Assembly: GCA_964291395.2 (NCBI GenBank)
Contig: OZ219858.1
Span: 64,001 to 128,000, forward strand
Length of the DNA: 64,000 nt
DNA from: Alphaproteobacteria bacterium
GTDB taxonomy: Bacteria; Pseudomonadota; Alphaproteobacteria; UBA2966
Direction of reading: 5' to 3'
Both the position numbers and the translations under genes were made by a program. Each line of letters opens with the position of its first letter. Position 1 is the stretch's first letter. Of the stretch, positions 30,404 through 41,402 are shown piece by piece. Under the pieces are notes generated by a model. The model did no database searches and was not told the DNA's origin. It saw nothing but the letters and a program-made list of their open reading frames with translations.

Positions 30404-31951
30404 TCAAGCGCTCAGCGCTATCGGTGCCGTCCTCTCCCTTTTGACCATCAGTTTGTTGAGCGCGTTTACATACGCCCGAGCCGAAGCCACGAGCGTATCG
30501 GTATCCGCCCCCTGTCCGTTCACGGTCTTACCCGCTTCTTCAAGCCGAACCGTTACTTCGGCCTGGGCGTCGGTGCCCTCGGTTACCGCATGCACTTGAT
30601 ACAACTGCAAATTCGCGTCGTGCGGCACCAATTCCTTGATCGCGTTGAAGGTTGCATCGACGGGCCCGTCCCCGGTCGACTTGGTCGACCTTATCTCGCC
30701 CTCGACGTCGAGCTCGAGCTCCGCCGTTTGCGGACCCCTTGAACCCGCGACGACGTAAAGAGAGACGAATCTGATCCGATCGTCTGCTCTCAGTTCGTCA
30801 TCGACGAGAGCGATGATATCTTCGTCGAAGACATCCTTCTTCTTATCTGCGAGGTCCTTGAAACGGCGAAAGGCGTCGTTGAGCGCATTGTCGCCCAGCT
30901 CAAACCCCAGCTCACGGAGCTTCTCGCGGAAGGCATGACGCCCCGAGTGCTTGCCCATCACGAGATTGGACTTGTTCAGTCCCACCGACTCCGGAGTCAT
31001 GATCTCGTAGGTACCGGCGTGCTTGAGCACCCCGTCCTGATGAATGCCGGCTTCGTGGGCGAAGGCGTTGGCACCAACGATCGCCTTGTTTGGCTGCACG
31101 GTGAAGCCGGTGATCGCTGCCACGAGGCGAGACGCCTTGGTGATGTTCTCGCTCTGGACCCCGGTGACGAAGGGCATGAGATCGTTGCGCGTTCGAAGCG
31201 CCATCACGATCTCCTCAAGAGCCGCGTTCCCGGCCCTCTCACCCAAGCCGTTGATCGTACATTCGACCTGACGCGCGCCGTTGGCGACGCCCGCCAAGGA
31301 GTTGGCGACCGCCAGTCCCAGATCGTTGTGGCAGTGAGTCGAAACCCGCGCCTTGTCGATGTTGGGCACCCGATCGAACAGCATGCGGATCAAGGCGCCG
31401 AACTCCTCCGGAATGGCGTAGCCAACGGTGTCCGGGATGTTGATCGTCGTCGCACCGGCCTTGATGGCAGACTCGACACAGCGGCACAGGAAATCGTGCT
31501 CCGTGCGCGTTCCGTCCTCGGGACTCCATTCAACGTCATCGGTGAAGGAGCGCGCGTAGGTCACGGAATCGACGACCGCCTCGTGCACGGCCTCGGACTC
31601 CATCTGGAGCTTGTATTTCATGTGCAGCGGGCTGGTGGACAGAAAGGTGTGGATCCGCATCCGTTCCGCCGGCTTCAACGCCTCGGCTGCCCGGTCGATG
31701 TCCTTCCGCCCAGCCCGCGCAAGACCGCAGATCACGGACTTCTTGACGACTTGGGCGATTTCGTGAACCGCCTCGAAATCGCCGTTGGAGGCGATGGGGA
31801 AGCCGGCCTCGATCACGTCGACACCCATCTCCTCCAGAACCTCCGCGAGACGCAGTTTCTCCTCAAGGTTCATGGAGGCGCCCGGTGATTGCTCACCGTC
31901 ACGCATGGTCGTGTCGAAAATCAGTACTTGGTTTGAATCCGTACCGGTCAT
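30404..31951 (-). CDS. leuA: 2-isopropylmalate synthase
   Basis: Motifs DTTMRDGEQ, HCHNDLG, GERAGN and HEAGIHQDG, plus the regulatory domain GDGPVDA. Confidence 0.97.
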   Translation of the reverse strand: MTGTDSNQVLIFDTTMRDGEQSPGASMNLEEKLRLAEVLEEMGVDVIEAGFPIASNGDFEAVHEIAQVVKKSVICGLARAGRKDIDRAAEALKPAERMRIHTFLSTSPLHMKYKLQMESEAVHEAVVDSVTYARSFTDDVEWSPEDGTRTEHDFLCRCVESAIKAGATTINIPDTVGYAIPEEFGALIRMLFDRVPNIDKARVSTHCHNDLGLAVANSLAGVANGARQVECTINGLGERAGNAALEEIVMALRTRNDLMPFVTGVQSENITKASRLVAAITGFTVQPNKAIVGANAFAHEAGIHQDGVLKHAGTYEIMTPESVGLNKSNLVMGKHSGRHAFREKLRELGFELGDNALNDAFRRFKDLADKKKDVFDEDIIALVDDELRADDRIRFVSLYVVAGSRGPQTAELELDVEGEIRSTKSTGDGPVDATFNAIKELVPHDANLQLYQVHAVTEGTDAQAEVTVRLEEAGKTVNGQGADTDTLVASARAYVNALNKLMVKRERTAPIALSA

Positions 31952-32005
31952 GGTTTTCAGTCCTTCGAACTCTATTCGGGCTTGATTTGCAAGAAACCAC
32001 CTTTT

Positions 32006-32124
32006 CCCCTGATCACCCGCGACCTCGGCGGTGCGGCAGTTCAGGGGCAAATAAGTCGAAGGACCTCCGTCAGAAGACGGTGTCCGCCCAGCGACAGGAG
32101 CCCATCCTGGCAGCACGATGCCAT
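32006..32124 (-). promoter_or_regulatory. leuA leader: Leu-rich leader peptide (32041..32124) plus a helix overlapping its stop codon
   Basis: Peptide MASCCQDGLLSLGGHRLLTEVLRLICP* has 7 Leu in 27 aa. CCCCTGA (which contains the stop) can pair with TCAGGGG downstream. Confidence 0.7.
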
Positions 32125-32360
32125 ACGGTTAACAAGGACTCGTTGCGTCGAACTGGTCATCTTCACGGACACATGCCGTCGGATATTACAGAAGCGGGAA
32201 ACCGTCTCCGACCGAAGTTGACAATCGGTAAAAGAAACGGCTGCCCGAGCATTTTATACCGTGGAGTCCGAGATTTACTTCCTCCACGGAGGATTTCCTT
32301 TTACGCTGAATTGGAGCCAAGGTGCAACCGGTTTGTCGGTTCCGGACCGGCGTCAATCGC

Positions 32361-33344
32361 TTATCGTTTGATTCTTCGCATCTCCTCGACGAGATGAGGC
32401 AGAATTTCTCGGCAATCCCCGACGACACCGAAGCGCGCAGAGGCGAAAATGTCGGCGTCCTCGTCCGTGTTTATGGCGACGATGGTTTTGGCGTTGCCGC
32501 AGCCCGCCATGTGCTGGCCCGCCCCCGAAATTCCCAGGGCGATATAGAGATCGGGTGCCACGGTCTTTCCGGAAAGGCCGATCTGGTAGCCCGGCGGGCA
32601 CCAGCCAAGATCACAGGCCACGCGGCTGGCGCCGACCGCGCCATCCAGCACGTCGGCGAGTTCCTTCGCGTCGGCGAAGCCGTCGGGACCGCCGATGCCA
32701 CGTCCGCCGGCGACGATGACATTGGCATTCTCCAGGCGCACTCCCACCGCACGTTCCGTGTCGCGTTCCACTACCCGCGTTCGAATTCTATCGGGCGTTA
32801 CGACGGCGTCACGGGCGATCAGGGCGCCGCTCCGGGTATCGTCACGTGGCAACGCATCGAAGGATTTGGCCTTGATCGTGGCGATTGCGGGGGTACTCCT
32901 GAAGGAGACCTGCTCCAGCGCGATGCCGCCGTAGCAAGGACGGGTGAAGCAGAGATCTTCGGCGTCGACGTCCACGCAGCCGGTCGCCACGGAGCTTCCC
33001 AGGCGGAATGCCAGGCGCGGGGCGAGATCGGCACCGACGTTCGTATGCGGCACGAGAATGGCCACCGGAGCGACTTCGCTGCTCAGAGCCTCCAGGTCGG
33101 GCAGCCAAGCGTCCGCCTGGTAGGGCTCGAACAGCTCGTCGTCGATGGTGTGAACCTCGTCGGCACCTCCCGCAATGAGGTTCCTGCCGACAGCCTCGCC
33201 GACACCGGCACCGAGACACGCGGCGATGACTTTGCCGCCCTTGGCTCCTGCGATAACGCTGGCCAGGGCGATCAGCTCCAGCGTCAATTGGGTCGGCGTG
33301 CCTTCTTCGAGCTCCACGACCGCCAGAACATTACCCGTCCCCAT
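32361..33344 (-). CDS. etfA: Electron transfer flavoprotein alpha subunit
   Basis: Motifs VAGGRG, GASRVA, QIGLSG, GISGAGQH and AINTD. Confidence 0.93.
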   Translation of the reverse strand: MGTGNVLAVVELEEGTPTQLTLELIALASVIAGAKGGKVIAACLGAGVGEAVGRNLIAGGADEVHTIDDELFEPYQADAWLPDLEALSSEVAPVAILVPHTNVGADLAPRLAFRLGSSVATGCVDVDAEDLCFTRPCYGGIALEQVSFRSTPAIATIKAKSFDALPRDDTRSGALIARDAVVTPDRIRTRVVERDTERAVGVRLENANVIVAGGRGIGGPDGFADAKELADVLDGAVGASRVACDLGWCPPGYQIGLSGKTVAPDLYIALGISGAGQHMAGCGNAKTIVAINTDEDADIFASARFGVVGDCREILPHLVEEMRRIKR

Positions 33345-33356
33345 GACTCCTCGCCC

Positions 33357-34169
33357 TCACACTATTTTCTCTTCGACGAGCCGCCGGGCGAGCGCGCTGG
33401 CGACCGCCTGCGCTCCGTCGCCTTCGATGAACTCGCACCGAGCGTCGGAGACAGGCACGTAAAGCCGCTCCAGGGTCCGGCGCGCGGCCGCCGCGCCTAC
33501 GTCCTGGGCGTCCACGCCGATATCGGCTGGTGCCCAGGCCTCGACCGGCTTTTTTGCCGCACGCATGGTTTCACGCAGACTCGCGTTACGGACGTTGCCC
33601 ATCTCGTGCGAAACGGTAACCAGGGCGGGGAGCGGCGCTTCGACGGTCTCGGAGCCGTCCCCCAGAACCCGAACCACCCGGACCGCGCCGTCAACGACGT
33701 CGATCTTCCGGGCGAATGTGATCGCGGGGACACCGAGCAACTCGGCCAAGCCGGGCCCCACCATGCCGGCATCGAAATCGGCGGCCTGCCGTCCGGCGAG
33801 CACGAGATCGACGGCCCCGAGCTTCGCAATCGCCTTGGACAGGGCATAGGCGGTCGCATACCCGTCCGAGTCGGCGAAGGCGGGATCACTCATCATCACG
33901 GCGTCGTCCACGCCGAGCGCCAGCACGTGCTTGAGGATCTTCCGCGCGCTCTCGTCGCCGATCGTCAGCGCCGTGACTCGGACTTCAGCCTCTTCTCCCA
34001 TCGCATCTCGGACGCGCAACGCCGCTTCGACCGCCTGTTCGTCGAACGGACTGATGACCGGCGACATGCCCGGAACCACGATGACCTGCTTGGCGTCCTC
34101 GTCGACGCGAAACAGGCTCGGCGCGATTTCCGGGTCGGGAATTTGCTTGATGCAGACCGCGATATGCAC
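33357..34169 (-). CDS. etfB: Electron transfer flavoprotein beta subunit
   Basis: Motifs VCIKQIPD, SPFDEQAVEAA and AGRQAADFDAGMVG. Confidence 0.93.
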   Translation of the reverse strand: MHIAVCIKQIPDPEIAPSLFRVDEDAKQVIVVPGMSPVISPFDEQAVEAALRVRDAMGEEAEVRVTALTIGDESARKILKHVLALGVDDAVMMSDPAFADSDGYATAYALSKAIAKLGAVDLVLAGRQAADFDAGMVGPGLAELLGVPAITFARKIDVVDGAVRVVRVLGDGSETVEAPLPALVTVSHEMGNVRNASLRETMRAAKKPVEAWAPADIGVDAQDVGAAAARRTLERLYVPVSDARCEFIEGDGAQAVASALARRLVEEKIV

Positions 34170-34187
34170 GGACCCGTCCCTTTCGTC

Positions 34188-35447
34188 TTACTCGATCTCG
34201 ATATCCACGGGGACGATCCCGTCGAAGTGCTTACGCTGGAAATTCCATTCGGTCACCGGCTGCCTGCGGCCCTTCTCATCGGTACCACGGGACATCAACG
34301 TATGATACCCCGGCTGGGCGTCCCACAGATAAGACCAGCGGCGCCACAAGTAGCGGTCGGCGTGCTCTTCGATGTGGGCGTCGTTCCACGTCTCGCCGTT
34401 GTCGGTAGAAACCTCGACCCGGATCATGGCGCCCTCCCCGCTCCAAGCGAGGCCCCGAATCGCGTACGTGTCGGCCGGCAACGGCGACTCCTCCTCGAGT
34501 GGCTCGGTGATCACCGTTTTCACGCCGAGGGCGGTCATCATCTCCTTGTCGGGATCGTCGGGCCCCTTGCCCGATACGAAGTAGTGGGTCTGGTGGTAAC
34601 AGTCCGGCATACGGTCCATCACCTCGATCTTGTGGATCCACTTGACCCACCAATTTCCCGCCCAGCCCGGGACCACCATGCGGACGGGCGCACCATGCAC
34701 GTGGGTCAGGTATTCGCCGTTATGGGCCCAGGCGAGAATGGTCTCGGAATCCATCGCCTTTTCGATGGGCAGTCCCTTGTCGTAGTTGATGACGCCGGGA
34801 TCATGGACCTCAAAGTCCGTGCGCCCCACCGAGCGGTACTGGATGGTGGAATCCGGGCGGCCACGATCGAACCCTTCGACGCGAATGGCGACGGCGGAAT
34901 CCTTGATCCCCACACGCTCCAGCACCTCCCTGAGACGGGTACCGGTCCACTCACCTCCCGACACGATGCAGGTGGCAGGGATCAACGAACTCAGCTCCTC
35001 CAGGTCCAACGCTCCGCTCTCCGCCATGCCGTGCCAGTCAATGCCCTCCACCTCCTCGCGCACGGTACGCGAAGGCTTGGGCATGTTGCCGCCCTTGGCA
35101 CGAGACTCCAGATAATCCCAGAATTCCGTGTCATCGCCCGCACACTCCGTCACCGCGCGAACGGTATGGCCGGGCAGCTTTCGCAGGTCCCCAAGCGTGT
35201 AGGTCATGGGGTTCTCGACCTCGCCGAAGATCTCGAAGGAATAGTCGTCCGGATGAACCGGCTCCGGCATTTGTAGCTGAGCAACGATGTAGTAGGCATC
35301 CGTCGGCGTGATGAGACCTTCCAGCTCGAGAAACGGGGTGCGCGCGTGGATCGTGCGGCCTTCTTGGTCCTTGCTTGGCGACAGCCGGTAGCGCTTGCGG
35401 TCCGGCCAGCCCATCACCCAATCACCCTCGATCTCCTTCCGCGGCAT
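34188..35447 (-). CDS. Sulfite-oxidase-family molybdopterin oxidoreductase (atypical, no signal peptide)
   Basis: Motifs LITP, TECAG, EWTG, HGAPVRMVVPGWAG..VKW and GLAWSG...VEVSTD, plus the Mo-co dimer domain W..W...RGTD. Confidence 0.85.
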   Translation of the reverse strand: MPRKEIEGDWVMGWPDRKRYRLSPSKDQEGRTIHARTPFLELEGLITPTDAYYIVAQLQMPEPVHPDDYSFEIFGEVENPMTYTLGDLRKLPGHTVRAVTECAGDDTEFWDYLESRAKGGNMPKPSRTVREEVEGIDWHGMAESGALDLEELSSLIPATCIVSGGEWTGTRLREVLERVGIKDSAVAIRVEGFDRGRPDSTIQYRSVGRTDFEVHDPGVINYDKGLPIEKAMDSETILAWAHNGEYLTHVHGAPVRMVVPGWAGNWWVKWIHKIEVMDRMPDCYHQTHYFVSGKGPDDPDKEMMTALGVKTVITEPLEEESPLPADTYAIRGLAWSGEGAMIRVEVSTDNGETWNDAHIEEHADRYLWRRWSYLWDAQPGYHTLMSRGTDEKGRRQPVTEWNFQRKHFDGIVPVDIEIE

Positions 35448-35571
35448 GCTTACCTCTTCTCATTTGTGGGAGCCGGTGCCCCGAAGGGCGCCAGCGCATT
35501 CGCCGCAGAATAGCAGGCGGCATGTGCGATGGGGAGGCGGGGAGAAGGCCGAAGACACCAAGCAGAGGAAA

Positions 35572-36156
35572 TCAGAACGACGAGCGGGGTTCCTTCAGAA
35601 ATGCCAATTCGTTTGCGGTCGACTGGCGGCCCAACGTCTCGTTGCGATGGGGGAAACGCCCGAACCGCTCGATGATCTCGCAGTGCCGATGCACCGAGAA
35701 ATGCGCCCTCTCCCGGAAATCTTCGTCGAAATCCGGCAGTATCTGCGAGTAGAGCGCGACGCAGTGCCGCTGATCGGCCAGATTCTCACTGTGCTCGAAA
35801 GGTAGATAGACGAACAGGCGCTGTACGGTCATCAACTGGCGATCGACTCCGCGATCCACTGCCCGCCGCGCGATCGAGCGTGCCTTGGCGTCCGCAGAGT
35901 AAGCCTTGGGGAGCCCTCGAAAGATGTTTCGGGGAAACTGATCGAGCGTGACGATCAGAGCCAGGGTGCCTTCCACCGTTTCCTGCCACGAATCGTAGCT
36001 ACCCGCCGACGCCTTCGCGACGACCCGTCCGAAGCGGTCGCGGATCTCCGCATCGAAGGCGGCATCCTTTTCGAACCAGGCCGCCCGGTGTGAGCCAAAC
36101 TCCGTGCCGGCGGGGTCACCGAACCAAAACTTCAACACGTCCGGGTACTCGGTCAT
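35572..36156 (-). CDS. DUF924 family protein (copy 2)
   Basis: Motifs VLKFWF, LDQFPRN, YLPFEHSE and FGRFPHRN. Confidence 0.9.
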   Translation of the reverse strand: MTEYPDVLKFWFGDPAGTEFGSHRAAWFEKDAAFDAEIRDRFGRVVAKASAGSYDSWQETVEGTLALIVTLDQFPRNIFRGLPKAYSADAKARSIARRAVDRGVDRQLMTVQRLFVYLPFEHSENLADQRHCVALYSQILPDFDEDFRERAHFSVHRHCEIIERFGRFPHRNETLGRQSTANELAFLKEPRSSF

Positions 36157-36160
36157 AGCC

Positions 36161-36748
36161 TCAACCAAAACTGGATCGTGGTTCCTCAAGAAATGCCGCC
36201 TCCGCAGCGCTGGTCGCCCGCCCCAGCGTCTCGTTGCGGTGGGGAAATCGCCCGAATCGCTCGATGATCTCGCAATGGCGATGAATCGCGAAATGGAAGC
36301 GTTCGTAAAGAGCGCCGTCGAAGTCCCCAAGAATGGTCATCAGGTGCGCAACTCCCCGACGCTGATCGGCGAGGTTCTCGCTGTGCTGGAACGGCAGATA
36401 GAGAAACAGCTTCCGCATGGTCGAGAATCGCCGGTCGAAACCGCGATCCAAGGCCTGGCGCGCGACGGAGCGCGCCCTGGCGTCCGTCGCGAAGGCCGTC
36501 GGATGCCTGCGAAAAATGTTCCGAGGAAACTGGTCGAGGACGATGGTCAGCGCGAGCGCGCCGTCCGGTGTCTCCTGCCAAGCATCGCAATCGCCCGCCG
36601 ACGCCTTCGCGACGACACCTGCGAAGCGCGAACGCACCTCTGAATCGAACGCGTCGTCCTTCCCGAACCAAGCGTCCCGGAATTCGTTGAAATCCTCGTC
36701 GCCGGGATCGCCGAACCAGAACGCCAAAACCTCCGAATACCCCGTCAT
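36161..36748 (-). CDS. DUF924 family protein (copy 1)
   Basis: Motifs VLAFWF, LDQFPRN, YLPFQHSE and FGRFPHRN. Confidence 0.9.
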   Translation of the reverse strand: MTGYSEVLAFWFGDPGDEDFNEFRDAWFGKDDAFDSEVRSRFAGVVAKASAGDCDAWQETPDGALALTIVLDQFPRNIFRRHPTAFATDARARSVARQALDRGFDRRFSTMRKLFLYLPFQHSENLADQRRGVAHLMTILGDFDGALYERFHFAIHRHCEIIERFGRFPHRNETLGRATSAAEAAFLEEPRSSFG

Positions 36749-36809
36749 GGGCGGCACCCCACGGACGCGCGGCCTATTGACGCACGGCCGCGCCGAATCC
36801 GACACACGA

Positions 36810-37907
<1,098 letters not shown>

Positions 37908-38414
37908 CTACATTGGATTGGTACCCCTCGAGATAGCGACAACACCCGTTCGGGAAATGTCGACGAGCCCCAAGGGCTTCATGAGTTCGATGAACGCATC
38001 CAATTTGTCGGTCGACCCCGTCATCTCGAAAACGAACGACTCGGCGGTGCTGTCGACGACGCGCGCCCGGAATATGTCGGCGATACGCAAGCTCTCGACC
38101 CGCTTCTCGCCGGAGCCTCGGACCTTGACCAGTGCCAGCTCTCGCTCCACGGACGGCCCGTCGACGGTCAAGTCCATCACCTTGTGGATGGGCACCAGCC
38201 TTTCAAGCTGTGCCTTGATCTGCTCGATCACCATCGGTGTCCCAGAGGTGACCAACGTGATGCGCGAGAGCTTCTCCTCGGTGTCCACCTCCGCCACGGT
38301 CAGGCTTTCGATGTTGTAGCCGCGACCCGAGAAGAGACCGATGACCCGAGCGAGGACACCCGCTTCGTTGTCTACGAGGACGGTGATGGTGTGATAATTC
38401 TGTTCGGTATCCAC
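37908..38414 (-). CDS. ilvN: Acetolactate synthase small subunit
   Basis: ACT domain VDNEAGVLARVIGLFSGRGYNIESL, plus ERELALVKV. Start codon uncertain. Confidence 0.95.
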   Translation of the reverse strand: MDTEQNYHTITVLVDNEAGVLARVIGLFSGRGYNIESLTVAEVDTEEKLSRITLVTSGTPMVIEQIKAQLERLVPIHKVMDLTVDGPSVERELALVKVRGSGEKRVESLRIADIFRARVVDSTAESFVFEMTGSTDKLDAFIELMKPLGLVDISRTGVVAISRGTNPM

Positions 38415-38486
38415 GACGATTGTCCCTAGCCAAGCCGGGCGACGAGACACGCCCGGGCGCGGGCCCGAACGCGAGAGCGCTCGTGC

Positions 38487-40241
38487 TCACACCATCGCGA
38501 GTCCGTCTTCGCTGACCTCGGTATCCCCGTCAGGCCCGAGCATCATGTCGTAGTGGGCCGAGCCCGCAGGAATCATGGGGAAGCAATTCTCGTCGGGATC
38601 GACCTGAATATCCGCGATCACGGGTCCCGGGTCCGCCATCATCTTCTCAAGGACCCCATCCAGTTCGCCCGGTTCGCTCGCCCGCAGACCCGTAACGCCA
38701 AACGCCTCGGCCAACCGCACGAAGTCGGGCAGCGAATCCATGTAGCTTTCGGCGTAACGCCCGCCGTGGAGAATCTCCTGCCATTGGCGCACCATTCCCA
38801 TGTAACGATTGTTGAGCAGATACACCTTGACCGGCGCGCGATGCTGCACCGCGGTGGACAGCTCCTGGATACACATCATCAACGATGCCTCGCCGGAAAC
38901 GCAGATGACAGGAGCCTCGGGGTGGGCGATCTGGACACCGATGGCTGCAGGGAGACCGTATCCCATCGTCCCCAAACCACCGGACGTCATCCAGCGGTTA
39001 GGTTTCTCGAACGGCAGGAACTGCGCGGCCCACATCTGATGCTGGCCGACGTCGGTGGTGACATAGACGTCGCGGTCCCCGCAAAACTCGCGCAGCCGCT
39101 CCAACGCGTATTGCGGCTTGATCAGGCCATCACCCTGCTCGTACCGGAGACAGTTCCGGCTGCGCCACGTGTCGATCTGGGCCCACCAATCCTGGATGGC
39201 CGACGCGTCGGGGCGCCTTCCGGATGCCTTCCAGACCTTGATCATGTCTTCCAGAACGTGGGCACAGTCGCCGACGATGGGAACCTCCACCGGAACATTC
39301 TTGTTGATCGACGATGGATCGATGTCGATGTGAATCTTCTTCGATCCCTTGCTGAACTCATCCAGCCGTCCGGTGATGCGGTCGTCGAAACGGGCACCGA
39401 CCGCGATCATGACGTCGCAGCCAGCCATCGCCAGGTTGGCCTCGTAGGTGCCGTGCATGCCGAGCATCCCCAACCACCGAGGATCTGAAGCCGGGAAACA
39501 ACCAAGGCCCATGACGGTGCTCGTGATGGGATAACCCGTCAGACGGACGAATTCGGTCAGCAACTGCGACGCCGCCTGGCCCGAGTTCACAACCCCACCG
39601 CCGGAATAGACGATCGGCCGCTTGGCGGAGAGCAGCATCTTCACCGCTTGTTCGATGGCTCCGAGATCACCTTTCAATTGGGGACGATAGGTCTTGTGCC
39701 GAATCGTCTCCCGCGGAACGTATTCGCCTTCGGCGATGGAAACGTCCTTGGGAATATCGACGACCACCGGTCCCGGGCGGCCGGAGCTCGCAACGTAAAA
39801 CGCTTCGTGGATGACGCGCGCCAAGTCATCGACATCCTTCACGAGATAGTTGTGCTTGGTGCATGGCCGGGTAATGCCGATGGTGTCCGCCTCCTGAAAG
39901 GCGTCATTGCCAATGAGATGCGTGGCCACCTGACCCGTCAGGCACACGACGGGAATGCTGTCCATCATCGCGTCGGTCAGCCCGGTCACCGCGTTGGTCG
40001 CCCCCGGACCCGAGGTCACGAGGACGACACCAGGCTTGCCCGTGGAGCGGGCGTATCCCTCGGCCATGTGCGTCGCGCCCTGTTCATGCCGCACGAGCAC
40101 ATGGCGAATCCGGTTTTGCTGGAACATCGCGTCGTAGAGCGGAAGTACGGCACCGCCAGGGTAACCGAAAATCACATCGACCCCTTGATCCTCAAGTGCC
40201 TTGAGGACGATCTGTGACCCCGACATGCGCGCGTTCGGCAT
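38487..40241 (-). CDS. ilvB: Acetolactate synthase large subunit
   Basis: Motifs [28 protein letters not shown] and SGGLGTMG. Confidence 0.96.
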   Translation of the reverse strand: MPNARMSGSQIVLKALEDQGVDVIFGYPGGAVLPLYDAMFQQNRIRHVLVRHEQGATHMAEGYARSTGKPGVVLVTSGPGATNAVTGLTDAMMDSIPVVCLTGQVATHLIGNDAFQEADTIGITRPCTKHNYLVKDVDDLARVIHEAFYVASSGRPGPVVVDIPKDVSIAEGEYVPRETIRHKTYRPQLKGDLGAIEQAVKMLLSAKRPIVYSGGGVVNSGQAASQLLTEFVRLTGYPITSTVMGLGCFPASDPRWLGMLGMHGTYEANLAMAGCDVMIAVGARFDDRITGRLDEFSKGSKKIHIDIDPSSINKNVPVEVPIVGDCAHVLEDMIKVWKASGRRPDASAIQDWWAQIDTWRSRNCLRYEQGDGLIKPQYALERLREFCGDRDVYVTTDVGQHQMWAAQFLPFEKPNRWMTSGGLGTMGYGLPAAIGVQIAHPEAPVICVSGEASLMMCIQELSTAVQHRAPVKVYLLNNRYMGMVRQWQEILHGGRYAESYMDSLPDFVRLAEAFGVTGLRASEPGELDGVLEKMMADPGPVIADIQVDPDENCFPMIPAGSAHYDMMLGPDGDTEVSEDGLAMV

Positions 40242-40355
40242 TGGTTCAATCCCACTATTGCGACGAAACCGCCCAGTGCCGTTCGGCGCTGGACGGTCGA
40301 AAACCCGGGCCGTTGTGTCACGAAATCCCAGGCCCAAGCCCGAAAATTCTGCGAC

Positions 40356-40384
40356 AACCTATCCTCTGCCGTTCAGGGGGTCAA
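40356..40384 (-). promoter_or_regulatory. Putative sigma70 promoter for ilvB-ilvN-ilvC, overlapping the miaA 3' end
   Basis: Minus strand reads TTGACC-N17-TAGGTT. Confidence 0.5.
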
Positions 40385-41338
40385 TATAGACTGACGAATA
40401 AATGAAAAGATTTTTGGGAAAAAACTTTCCAAATCTTGCGTCGGAAATTGCCGCCAATCGGCCATCCGGTTGCGGAACCAAGTCATTTGACGCTTGGCAT
40501 AGCGGCGCGTCGAGCGCTGTCCCGCCGCAACTGCTCCATCCAGGGTGTCCTCGCCGCTCAGACAGCGCGCGAGCTCGCGAACTCCAACCGCCTTCATGAC
40601 GGGATGTGAAGCCGGAACGGCCCGCGCGAGGAGACCCCGCACCTCGTCCACGGCGCCGCTCGTCACCATCTCCTCGAAGCGACCGTCGCATCGGGCATAG
40701 AGGGTCTCCCGCGGCACCGACAATACGATCTTGGCAAAACGTCCGGGGCAATGCGTCCCCGTTTGGCGGCGTTGCCACTCCGCCAACGATATACCCGTCG
40801 CCTCGATGACTTCCCACGCCCGCACCATCCGCCACCGGTCGGAGGGCCGGATGCGTTCCGCCATGAGCGGATCCTTCCGGGACAACTCCTCATGGAATGG
40901 AATGTTGCCCAGCTGGTCGAGACGCTTTCTGCCTTGTTCCCTGACGGCAGGGGGAATGTCGGGAACGGGGGCAAGGCCTTCGACAAGTGCCTGAAAATAC
41001 AGGCCGGTTCCGCCGACGACGATAGGCATGCGGCCGTCCGAACGTGCTTTCGATATTGCCTCGCCGGCCAGCTCGCACCAGCGACCGGCCGAACACCGCT
41101 GATTACTCGGGAAAACCCCGTAAAGGCGGTGCGGTGCTCGATCCTCGTCGTCCCGGGACGGTCGGGCGGTCAATATCCTCAGGTCGCGATAGACCTGCAT
41201 ACTGTCCGAATTTATGATCGTTGCCCCGCCGAATGGCTCCAGTGCCTCCGCGAGCGCGAGCGCGAGCCGGGATTTGCCGCTGGCGGTGGGACCCGCGATC
41301 AGCACGCCAGTGTGCGTCGACTTATCCGGCATGGGCAT
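40373..41338 (-). CDS. miaA: tRNA dimethylallyltransferase
   Basis: Motifs GPTASGKS, DSMQVY, GGTGLY and YAKRQMTW. Confidence 0.97.
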   Translation of the reverse strand: MPMPDKSTHTGVLIAGPTASGKSRLALALAEALEPFGGATIINSDSMQVYRDLRILTARPSRDDEDRAPHRLYGVFPSNQRCSAGRWCELAGEAISKARSDGRMPIVVGGTGLYFQALVEGLAPVPDIPPAVREQGRKRLDQLGNIPFHEELSRKDPLMAERIRPSDRWRMVRAWEVIEATGISLAEWQRRQTGTHCPGRFAKIVLSVPRETLYARCDGRFEEMVTSGAVDEVRGLLARAVPASHPVMKAVGVRELARCLSGEDTLDGAVAAGQRSTRRYAKRQMTWFRNRMADWRQFPTQDLESFFPKIFSFIRQSILTP

Positions 41339-41402
41339 TCAAGGATACGGATCCTGCAATCGTATTCCGCAAGCCGCTTTTCCGCATCATGAGGCATGGT
41401 TC

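Noticed and set aside
32322-35276. 984-aa ORF on the + strand
   Set aside because: Antisense shadow of the molybdoenzyme-etfB-etfA genes. It has no motifs, and such ORFs are expected in high-GC DNA.
40242-40355. Possible ilv attenuator leader
   Set aside because: No short ORF rich in Ile/Leu/Val with a terminator could be identified.
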